From Monocercomonoides exilis PA203 (Eukaryota; Protista; Preaxostyla): a stretch of DNA of 64,000 nucleotides. The stretch lies in assembly GCA_001643675.2 (NCBI GenBank), contig LSRY02000009.1, positions 1 through 64,000 of the forward strand, written 5' to 3'. Positions 1 to 11,099 of this stretch are shown here, one piece after another. A program made the position numbers and the translations under genes. The stretch's first letter is position 1; every line of letters begins with the position of its first letter. The notes beneath the pieces are model-generated. The model saw only the letters and a program-made list of their open reading frames with translations, made no database searches and had not been told where the DNA came from.

Positions 1-3000
1 CATAGAAATTAAAGCTTTCAGATCGTATTTCTCAGAATGAGAATGTTTTCATTGGCTTATTTTGGAATTCATAAAAGATGACGATAAGCTGAAGGAATTA
101 AATAGCAAGGAAAAGAGGCAGATAAAGAAGGAAGAAGATGAAGTTGCAAAAATAGTTGAAGGAGTTGAAAAAGAAATAATAAGAAAAAGATGATGACGAG
201 GAGGAAGAAGAAGATTATGAAAGCTATGAAGGTGGAGCAATTGAGAATTGTGAAACGCATTCAATCCTTTTAATAAAGATGTTGAAAATGACTTGAATGA
301 TGTCGACCGATAAAAACACATTATTCGATGAGTTGATTTCAGATGAAATAGACAATCTTTATCACAAAATATGTGAAAGGGAAAGAGATACAAACAGATG
401 AAGAATGAAGTCCACAAATCGTTGATTGCCTATGAGTGGTTGAACTGCTTTGTCCCTCACAAAAAGAAAATTGTGTTTGTCCGTTGGTGTTCATAATTCA
501 AACGAACGAAACGTCTGATGAGGATATTGGCAGAGAATAATTCGAAATCGAAGAAGGCGTTGACAATTGATGAAGTTGACTTCAATTGCAAAAATTTCAA
601 ATGAAATAAGAAGAAAATGACGAATTTTATGATTATGTGATTGATGTGTCGATTCTGGCAATGAGCATCTTTTATTGAAGTGAGACTGTTGAGAATGATA
701 GCGAAGGTGAAGAAAAATAGAAGATGTCAGGTTTTTCAAGTCACGTTGGGCGATAGAAAAAACTGAATGTGTTCTGAATGTGAATGACCATCCAGCTTAT
801 CAGCCCAGATAAAAGAGTCGCAACTGCAAAACATTCCGAACAAAAATGCCAAATAAACTGCTTTTCTCTTTCTTGCAAACTCATGTTAAGCATTGTCAGG
901 CTATGCAGCATGCAAAACAGATGGTAAGAAACGAATGACTTCGTTGAATGCAATCCAAACAAGAATCATCTCAAAACTTCTGGATCTTTTGCAAAGGATT
1001 TCAGGGCTTCCCTCTCTTTGTGGTATTCCTGTACTTGATCAATTTGTATTCATTGAAAGAACACCTTAAAAGAAAATGAATGAAATAAAAGAAAATCAAA
1101 CCATTTTTTTTCTTGAAATATTTTCCTATCTCCAACTCACTCGAAATGATCAGCCCACCTGGCTTTCTTGCAATATAAAATTTCCTCTTGCCACAAAAAT
1201 TCAGACAACTGGACAATAAATGGCTGGAATAGAAAGTCATTGAAAGCACAGAATCCATTGTGAAACGAGCTGTAATATCAGATTAAAACACATAATTCTT
1301 AAATAAACAAGAAATCAACTCTTTTTCAAAGACTTATTTAACGCCATTTCTTTGCTGATAGCTTTCCAACGGGTTTCGCGTAAATGGCGATGCGTTTGTC
1401 GTTAAGACCAGCTGAGTGTTTCGCTCTGTTCGCTTCCTCCATTGTCCTATGCTTCCAATTCCCTTTCCTTTCCACAAAAGAAAATCTTCTCCCAAATAAA
1501 AATCACGCAAAATAAGTCCTGAGCATAAGATATACCAAGTACACAACATTTCGCTCGAAATGAACAAGCTGTTCATTTCAACTTTTCTAACATTTTAATC
1601 GCTTTTTTTGTATCTTGCTTTATTCATTTTTCATTCAAAATATCACAGCCGATGTTGCATCATGTATTTTGCAACATATAACTTGATTCAAACTTCATGC
1701 AACTTCCCTCATCAATTCACTTTTTGGAAGCAATCGATGCAAACAGCCACCCGCTCCTCCATTTGAAGGCTAAATCCCTGTTCTTCTTCAATGCTATAAC
1801 TCGCATGAGTGCATCTGTGTTTGCGCTCAATAGTAGCTCAAATATGCTCAGGCTGCTGCAAATAATTTATCAAAAATCTTCACTAATAAAATTATAGGTT
1901 GCAGACCCTTATTAAATAACCAAACAATAAATGAATGTTTTGTTGCCCTTCGTCTTGCCTGTTTTGAGGTAAAAGAATGAAAATGATGCAGAGGAAAAAG
2001 TTTATGAATGTGCATCTTCAGGTATTTTAATCGATATTTGTGACTCTTTTGAAGTAGATGTTCCTTCAACATTCAGAAAATGAACCAATATGTTGCTTCA
2101 TCTTGATTTTTCCGAAGGCAGCAGGACCAGTAACAAATGTTTTATGGTGTGCATGGGGCATTACTGAATCACTGCTTATGCGATTTTATCTGTTCTTTTT
2201 TTATTATTATGAAATAAATAAATTTTTTATTGACTTTTGAAAGGGGCTTGGGCGATTGAACGATTTGAGGGACCTGGAGCAAAAAAGAGAAAAGCGAAGA
2301 AATGGATGAAATATGGGAAGATGTGAGATTTGAAGAGACGGGTGCGATTTGTGGAGTGGGTTGTTGAAAAGATAATCGAGAAAATTGTGGATGGAAAGGG
2401 ATTGGGGTTGGTGTTGGGATTTTGGCGTTGGAGTATCGGGAGATGTTTTGAAGGGCCAAAGGTTAAACGGGACGGTGGCTTGTTTTTTTCTTTGAAAATG
2501 AAAAGATTTGAAAGTAAGAATTCTGATGAAGAGAAGAAAAACGAAAAATAAAAGGATGAAATGCTCCTGTGGGAATGTTTGCAATGGAACGTAATTCTGA
2601 ATGAAGGCCTTTCAGTGGAATTGCTGTTGATTTGTGTGGCTTGCCTGCTGAAAGGTGTGTTGGAGAAAGAAGGAAAGGGAGGAGACTCAAAAGAAGTTGA
2701 AATGAGTTTGCTCGGCTTGAGTCATTTTCACACAACGTTCAAGTGTGTCTTTTTTTTTTCAATTTTTTATTTTTTTTTTGAAATGTATATATATTGAATA
2801 GGAAACAGACAATGAGTGATATTTGAAGGAAGAAACAGGAAGCTTCAAGCGCAATCAGTTGCAGCACGATTTGAGGGGACTTGTAAATGGATGAGTTTTG
2901 GAGAAATTGATGAAGTGTTTGATGAAGCGCAGAGATGGAGGAAGTTAGAGTAAATGAGCTGGGTTTTGGAAGAGAAGATTCAAAAGAAGTGAAAGAGGTG

Positions 3001-3910
3001 GGAACGCATGTGTATTGGAGAAGAGAATATGATGAGAGGATAAGAGAAGGGAGAGAATGACTGAACCCTGATGGATGTGATTGAAAGAAGATGAAGAAGA
3101 GGAATTTGAAGAAATCAACATTTTCAGTTTCTGAGGGGAAAGAGGAGGCAACCACTCAAGAGCATTCGATGAACGATAGATATCCAAATTATTTGATATG
3201 GCTCAATCTGTTTGTGAATTTTTTGTGTTTATGTTTTTCTTATCAATATGAAGTTCATTTGCCATATTCAATATTTTATCTCAATGACAGCATCACATGA
3301 AGCCTTTTCATTATCTTCTTCAGAAACATCATTCAATTGATTGCACATTTCTCTTTTACTTCATTTCTTCTTCTTATTCTTCTTTACCATCTTCTTCTTC
3401 ATTCAACAAAAATGAAGCAATTCTTCAATTAAACAGTGCTTTCTCCAAGTATCTTAATTTTTCTGAAAAATGTTTTTTTCATCTTTCAACGTAACTTATG
3501 TTTATTCTTTTTCTCTTTCAACAGTGTCTGTTGTATTCTAATAAATTGCTTGTATTGTTTCAAAAGCATGATAGATTTTGTTCAATTGTCAGATGAATTG
3601 ATTATTTAACAAATAACAAAAAGTGATGAAATGTTCATGTTATCAAAAAATGAAAAAGAAATGAAAATTGGAAAATATGTGAACTTCAAAAAAATTTTTA
3701 AAACATAAAAACAAATAATAAACGATATTAGAATGATAACGAATAAATGAAATAAAAATTCGATGAAGATGCAGTTTCAGATACATTTCTTAAAGGTGAA
3801 TTGTTTCTATTTCTTGTCGCGATGGTGGACTTTTAGCATTTTTATGAGTCTTCTTCAAAAATTTCTCAAGCACGTTATATTTTTCAAAACATTTTAATGT
3901 TGAAATAAAT

Positions 3911-4421
3911 AATGTGAATATGGTTTTTCATTTCATAAAATGCATTTTTATTTAATCATAAAAAAAATATTGAATATATACATATATATTTTTAAGACTC
4001 AATAAAATACAAAAACCAAAAAAAAGTCACCATTTCATGAAAATATGTCAAATTGAAAATCTCGATCACAAAAGTGGTCACTAATTTTTCTTCAGATTTT
4101 GCAACAAACAGACATAAAAAGATGTGGGGAAGCGGTTTGTGCGGAAATCTGAGAAAAAATTAGTGACCACTTTTGTGATCGCCAGTCATTTTGAAAAACA
4201 CTTTTATTAAGGTTCTCATCAGATTTGATCCGTTGAACGATCGGAACTATTATAAAACTGAAACTTGAATGACTGGCGATCACAAAAGTGGTCACTAATT
4301 TTTCAGATTTGCAACAAACCGCTTCCCCACATCTTTTTATGTCTGTTTGTTGCAAAATCTGAAGAAAAATTAGTGACCACTTTTGTGATCGAGATTTTCA
4401 ATTTGACATATTTTCATGAAA
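3911..4421. repeat. Left terminal inverted repeat (511 bp) with internal palindrome
   Basis: Starts AATGTGAATATGG. Internal arms 4033-4190 and 4268-4421 are reverse complements. GATCACAAAAGTGGTCACTAATTTTT occurs at 4064(+), 4155(-), 4278(+), 4365(-). Confidence 0.95.
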
Positions 4422-4699
4422 ATTTTCGTATAGAAATATTTATTTATTATTTATATTTTTTTTCATATATTTGTTTATGATTTATTGTTATTATGTTATT
4501 ATAATTAGTTTTAATGAGAAACATTTATGCGTTGATTTTTGGAAAAAGACAAAAAATAGTGATATCAGTTTCCAATATCAATTCATCATTTTAATAAAAT
4601 CAAATTGCATAAATACTTATTTTTGTGTGAAACATGGTGTTTTTCACCGAAAAAGAAATGTGACTTTTGTTCCATAATAAATTCAGAAAAATATAAACA

Positions 4700-7600
4700 A
4701 TGAATATTTCCAAACCTCAATCGACTCTATATTCTCGATGCAAAGTATTATGGAATGAAATTAAGCGCATCGGCGGAGATGACGTGGATTCGTTACTTGC
4801 CTATTTGTTTTATTCTTACAGGCAATCAACTTCTGTAATTAACGATTTACTGAAGACATTGAACGGTTTGATTTTTTATTTATTCATGTTTTATATAGAA
4901 AATTTCATGAACTGTCATTGTTGTTATTTTCTTAACTATTAATTCAATATTTTTCTCATGAACAGAATATCACATAAAGCTGCTGGAAGACCTGTCTGTG
5001 GTGTACAACAACGCTCCTTTGCACACTCAGACAGTAATGCTGCAAGCGCTGTCACGCAACACATCATTATCCGATTTACAAGACTATGGATATGATGTCA
5101 CAGAGGGAAAATTTATTTACGCGAAGCAAACGCTGAAGAAAAACCAAGGATTTATCATCACTCCTCTAAAACCTCATCTTCCGTCTTGCAAAAGTGGTTT
5201 GTTTTTATTTGAATTTTTTGAATAATTTTCTCTGTTCATTTTAGGCTTAAATGAACAGGGATTGGGAAAAAGGGCAACAACTGGATGTTGGCCCATTCAA
5301 CTGAAGCATCCACTTCTCTTCAATCAGCAAAGAAAAAGCAGCGAGCTGAGCCAGATTACACCAGATATATTGATGAAGAGCCTGGGAAAATGAAATTGTT
5401 ACAGAAAATTCTTCTTCAAAGAAAAAGAAATCTTCATTATCAGAAAAATCACATCAACAAAATAAAAAATCAAGTTCTATTTCGGAAAAAAATTCATCTG
5501 CATCAACTTTTTCATCGTCTGAAGCTATTGATGCTCCAATCAACACCCCAATAAGGAGAGAAAGGAGGTCAACAAAAAATAAAAAGAATAATTCAAATCA
5601 CAAACGTCACTCTTCTCCATCTCCAATACCAATTCACAAATTCTTCAAAACAAAACAATCGTCAACATATTCTTCTTCTTCTCCTCTTCCTCCTTGTTCT
5701 CCTTCTTCTTCTCCTCCTCCTCCTTCTTCTTCTTTTTCTTCTTTTTCTTCTTCTTCATCTTCTTCCTCTTCTTCAAATTCTTCTTCTTCAAATTCTTCTT
5801 CTTCTTCAAATTCTTCTTCTTCAAATTCTTCTTCTTCAAATTCTTCTTCAAATTCTTCTTCAAATTCTTCTTCTTCTTCTTCTCCTCCTCCTCCTCCTCC
5901 TTCTTCTTATTCTTATTCTTCATCTTCCCCATTTTTATCTTCATCTTCTTCCTCTTCATCCAAAAAGCAACAAAAAATGACAATCAATTCTTCATTAACT
6001 TGCAATTCTTCTTCATATTTAAGAAATGAAAATGATTGGGTGAGCAAGCAATTGCTTGAATATGTCACTTCTCCCACTCTTGTTCCTCCACAGGCATTTC
6101 AAGATCTTCTATCTTCATTTGCAAAAGACAGCAACACTTCTCCATCTCCACAAAACACTCATTCAGACGAAAGTTATAATTCAAATTGTAAAAATAATAT
6201 GAATATCATTTCAAATAATTACACAATGGATTTTCTTCCTGAAATTCAATCTCATTCTCCATCAATTTCTTCAAGTGTCAAAACCACTTCAATCGCTTCA
6301 TCAAAAACAAAGAAAGGATTAAAAAATCTTGGAAATACTTGCTATCTTGCCTCTCTCCTTCAATGTATATCTTCAATCACTTCACAAAAACAATCAATAA
6401 TTAAAACCATTTCATTTCAAAACAATTTATCTTCTCGAGTATTGAGTGTTTGTCAACAACTTACCAAAGATGGAATGACAGTGCGTTCATGGGTCCCATC
6501 ACTGATCAACAAATGGGAAGACTTTTGTGGATATAGAAGCAGACAGCAACAAAATGTCATCGAGGCGTTTGACAATCTTCACCAACTTCTTCAAAAAAAT
6601 GAGTTAATAAACAAGGATACCTTCAATCCTGTTTTAATCACACATTTCAAATGCCAAAAATGTCAAAAAATCACATCACACTTCAATGAAATTTGTGACA
6701 ATGTCGTTATCAATTCTTCTTCTCCTCACAACGGCCTATCTTCTCTTTTTGCGACTGAAGTTTTAAACGAAAAGAATTGTGTTTATTGCGATGAATGCAA
6801 GGAAAAATGCTGTGCTGCGAGATGGGAGGAAATGGCTGCATTTCCAGAGGTGCTAGCCCTCTGTCATGAATGCACTGATTCTGCTAGTTCAGCACCTTCG
6901 AGAACATTACTAATGGAAACAGACAGAGTCAATCAGCGCACGTTTTGTAAAGGATTTTCTTCTAAAGATATTCAACATCTTCAAAAAGATAATCAAGAAA
7001 CAATCATATATCATTTTTCTGGACAAATACTATTCAAACGTCTGGATCAACAAAACGGACATTACATCGCAGTTGTGAAAAGAAAAAGTGGAATCAATAG
7101 TTTTTGGAATATTTGCAATGATGAAAGTGTTTCTGAATTCGATAGTGACAAATGGAGTTCTTCATGGAAAGATCTTTATGTTCAAGGCTACGTTCCTTCA
7201 CTTTCATTCTACATCAAGGAAAAAACAAAACCAACACTGTCAACTCTTCAATTTGGTGGTTCATCATCTTCTTCAGAAACATCAAATAATAACACTTCAA
7301 ATAACTCATCATCATCGTCAACAACAACAACTGCTACGTCATCTGCATTCATCACACCACCTCATCGAACAACTTCCATTCCTCCACTCTCTTCGTCAAT
7401 TTCAACAAGTTATGGATTGGAAGCACTGAAAGAAAAACGAAAGAAAACGGGCATCTTTTCTCCCAACGAAAAGAGATTAATCTTCAAGCCCAAGACGAAA
7501 TTATGGAAAGAGTTTACAGAAGAAACAAATATCAAAATTTCTCTTTCCCACTTCTACAAGCTGACATCAAACTTCTCGAAAGCGAAAAGGCGTACTGATC

Positions 7601-8712
7601 TGTGTGGAATGTGTGAGAAGTTGAGCTATTTGGAGAATAAACTCAAATCTTCACAAAACAAAAATGGACTTTCTTCTGCTGAATTTCACACACTCAAACT
7701 TCTTCGTCAACATCGACTAGTTGCAGAAATGCAACGAAAACATTATCAATCAACAGTCGACAATCTGAAAGAGGGAGAAGCAGTCTTCGTCTTCGACTTT
7801 AAAGAAAAATGGAAACTCCCTATCAGAAAAAATCAACTTCAACAGGAATTCTTCAATTATCAACAAGTTTCTCAATTCACAATCATCTCTCTTCAAAAAA
7901 TAAATAATCAACTTGAAAAACGAACATTCAACTTCTTCTCCGACTGCCTCTCAAATGATCACAGATTTGTCATTGAGTGTCTGGAATCTGTGATCAAAAG
8001 GCACTTCTTCTCAGACACTCACACTTTTAAGTTCTTCTGCGATTCGGTACCACACAACCGAAATCGCTTCCTTCTTCACTTCATCCTCTCCAAACAATCG
8101 AAACTTCTCAAAAAGAAAAATACTCAACTCAACTTCTTCGCTGAGCACCATGGAAAAAATATCTGTGATAGTGAATTTGGTGCGTTAGTGAATGCAATCG
8201 ACAACAATCTTTCGACTGAACACATCACCACACTTCATGATTTGATCAACTTCTTCGAAAACAATATGAACACTTCGACATCAGCTTCTTCAACTTCACA
8301 ATCAAACATTTTCTCAACATCATCATCGAACTCTTCACCATCTTCAACATCTGTCAATAACTTTGAGCATGAGAGGTACTTTGAAGAGTATGTACCATCT
8401 CAGCAAATCTCATGGCCGTCATTGTCAGTCCCTCACATGAAGGACTACTTATATTTTGAGCGCAAGGGCTCATTTGTCTCTGCTTCAGCTGTTGGATATC
8501 TTCCTCAACGCTCTCTGGTTGCCCTCGAATCTTCAACAATGAAAGAAAAAGTTCAAAGATCAAGAAAGTCATTTCACTCTGATATCACATCATCTAACTC
8601 TTCTCTTCTTTCTCAATCTTCTCAAGATCTTCTTTCAAGGAGATTTGAGCTTCTTCTTGACTCTTCTTCTTTTAATGAATCTCAAAATTGTTCTTTTGGT
8701 GTCCCTTATTAA
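4700..8712 (+). CDS. Sola2-like DDD transposase with embedded USP (peptidase C19) domain; 3 exons, two apparent frameshifts in the 5' part
   Basis: Exons ~4700-4865, 4966-5196, 5245-8712 (GT-AG; the exon 1/2 junction is in frame). Frame is open 5386-8712. USP: GLKNLGNTCY (Cys 6340), QQNV, two CxxC, GHYIAVVK (His 7060), WNICND (7117). Transposase: CGMC (7603), VFDFKEK (D 7795), FCDS (D 8041), FFAEHHGKNICD (D 8167). Frameshifts sit at G-runs near 5264 and 5385. Confidence 0.85.
5670..5960 (+). repeat. Coding TCT/TCTTCAAAT low-complexity tract (poly-Ser/Asn linker)
   Basis: Repeats of tcttcttcaaat read SSSN in the transposase frame. The poly-F and poly-K ORFs in other frames are artefacts. Confidence 0.85.
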
Positions 8713-9608
8713 GAAACTAGTTGTTGTGTATGCTTAGCTGGCACTCTATCGGAAGGGTGCTGGACATGACTGTTCGTATTAGATATTGCAGCCCGAAGGC
8801 TGCAATATCCGGACCTGGATACGACGAACAGCCTCCCAGGTGCACAACAGTTAGAATCCGATTGTTTTCTTGTGCTTTTTGTCCCTATAATGTCCCTATT
8901 ATTGAATTGGTTATTATCCCTATAATAATTGTATTTATCGAGATTCATTAATAAAGAGAGTTGTGAGGGAATTCATTGATCTTTGGGTAAGGTTTTTGGA
9001 AGGGAGAGTTGTTGAGAGTGTGAAATGTTGTTTTATCATTGTGTCTGTCTTTTTTCTTTGTTGGATTTGATCTTTTTGAGTCAAAGTTAGAGAAATATCA
9101 GAAAGGGGAGAGAGGATAAAAAACAGATGGAAAATAGACAAGTTAGTTTTTGTACTTTTTATATAAGTATTCTTTTTTGTTTGGAATTGTCTTTGATACC
9201 ACGAATTTGTTAAATTTGTACTATTTCTTCTTATATTTTTTATTGTTCAAAATTGTTGATATTTAGTTGATATTTGGTGATTGTTTAATGATTATGTGAT
9301 TGAATTATGTTTCTTTTGAAAGTTGATGAATCTGATTAGAAAATTTCTGACTGTTTTCAATTTTTTAATGATCAATATTGTGAAGTACTTTTTGTTTTTT
9401 ATGTCATTTTGATTGCAAAACGATTGTTATTTTTTAACGTATATTTTTCACTTTTCATAGTAAATTTTTCCACTTGTTCACTAAACAATTTATTGATAAA
9501 CATGTTATATATTTATAAAGATATCAACAAAAATAAATTTTTCATAATAATCGATAATATTACAAAACAAATTTCAAAAATATATCATCATACAACAAAA
9601 AGCAAATA

Positions 9609-10124
9609 TTTCATGAAAATATGTCAAATTGAAAATCTCGATCACAAAAGTGGTCACTAATTTTTCTTCAGATTTTGCAACAAACAGACATAAAAAGATG
9701 TGGGGAAGCGGTTTGTTGCAAAATCTGAAGAAAAATTAGTGACCACTTTTGTGATCGCCAGTCATTTCAAGTTTCAGTTTTATAATAGTTCCGATCGTTC
9801 AACGGATCAAATCTGATGAGAACCTTAATAAAAGTGTTTTTCAAAATGACTGGCGATCACAAAAGTGGTCACTAATTTTTTCTCAGATTTCCGCACAAAC
9901 CGCTTCCCCACATCTTTTTATGTCTGTTTGTTGCAAAATCTGAAGAAAAATTAGTGACCACTTTTGTGATCGAGATTTTCAATTTGACATATTTTCATGA
10001 AATGGTGACTTTTTTTTGGTTTTTGTATTTTATTGAGTCTTAAAAATATATATGTATATATTCAATATTTTTTTTATGATTAAATAAAAATGCATTTTAT
10101 GAAATGAATAACCATATTCACATT
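9609..10124. repeat. Right terminal inverted repeat (516 bp) with internal palindrome
   Basis: Reverse complement of the left TIR, ending CCATATTCACATT. The 26-bp motif occurs at 9640(+), 9731(-), 9855(+), 9946(-). Confidence 0.95.
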
Positions 10125-11099
10125 TTATGACAATTATAAAAGCGACAATAATAGCAATCAGTGCGATAATTTACATCAAAAATGTGTCAGCCCGCGAATG
10201 GAATATCAATGAAAATTAAAAAATATAAAATCCACATTCAGAAATTTATTTGAAAGCGATTCTTTTTTTCATGAGTATTTTTTTGTGATTCAACTCGTAA
10301 ACATCAAATGCTTGCTGTTCATTTCGTATGCGGCACAAGGCACATATTGCAATCTGTTCTATGCATCGAACGCAAACTCTGAAGCGAATATAAACCGAAT
10401 ATTAGTGGATGAAAAGCGAGAGACGAACGACACGCTTTTTCGGATGCAAACCCCTCTGTGTAATTCGCTCGCAAGTTCCACTTACCGGACAGTCTGTACA
10501 CATACAATGGGAGAGAGTGTGGCAGCTTTATGGGGTCATATTTTGGATGTAACACATTGCTGATTCAGATTAGTGTGGTGTTAGCAGTGGAAAAAGAGGA
10601 TGCAATGGTTTCATCCAAGGGCTTAACATGACAACTTTGGACATGTTCAAATTGACATCGTGTGTGGCAGATGCGCTGGAGAAGGAGAAGATCATCCGGC
10701 CGAATGAGATTGTGATTGTGGAGCAGATGCAGTGCATGTCACTTGAAGAGGAGGTATTTGAAGAGGCGAAGCTTGATGCGCCCAGAGCAGCAAACTTTGT
10801 GGACCAGCAAGTGAATACAGCTATTTTCGGTTAATTTTAGTTTTTTCTTTCAAGATTGCCTGGATTTTCGAAGGAGAGGGAGGTCAGGAAAGCAGAAAAG
10901 AAGGCAAAATATTTTGAGCTTGATTAAAGAAAAGAAAAAAAATTCCAAACAGATCGACTTTGGCAATGACGAAGATTTGAAGCGATGTGGTGTGAGTTGA
11001 ATTTTTCTTTTAATAATAACAAAAAATTTTTGTGTGTTAATTTTTTAATGTATTTTTGAATTTTTGAAATTTTCTGAACTTTTTCCATCATTTATTATG

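Larger units (their letters stand above)
3911..10124 (+). mobile_element. ~6.2-kb TIR DNA transposon, Sola2-like, carrying a transposase-deubiquitinase fusion gene
   Basis: 3911-4421 is the near-perfect reverse complement of 9609-10124 (1 substitution and a few small indels seen). The interval holds a gene with DDD transposase motifs. No clean TSD found, so ends are uncertain by a few bp. Confidence 0.9.

Noticed and set aside
400-2160. Possible decayed Mutator-like transposase on the minus strand (GEDFLL, HLFCMLH, RTN...CEG fragments)
   Set aside because: Fragments lie in different frames, no DGTF-type first Asp and no TIRs found; too weak without a profile search.
4033-4421. Repeated 26-bp motif as a CRISPR-like array
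   Set aside because: Copies alternate in orientation, spacers mirror each other, the context is eukaryotic and no cas genes are present; explained by TIR structure.
5645-6029. Poly-K and poly-F ORFs
   Set aside because: Off-frame or antisense readings of the poly-Ser tract. The same applies to most short ORFs overlapping long genes.
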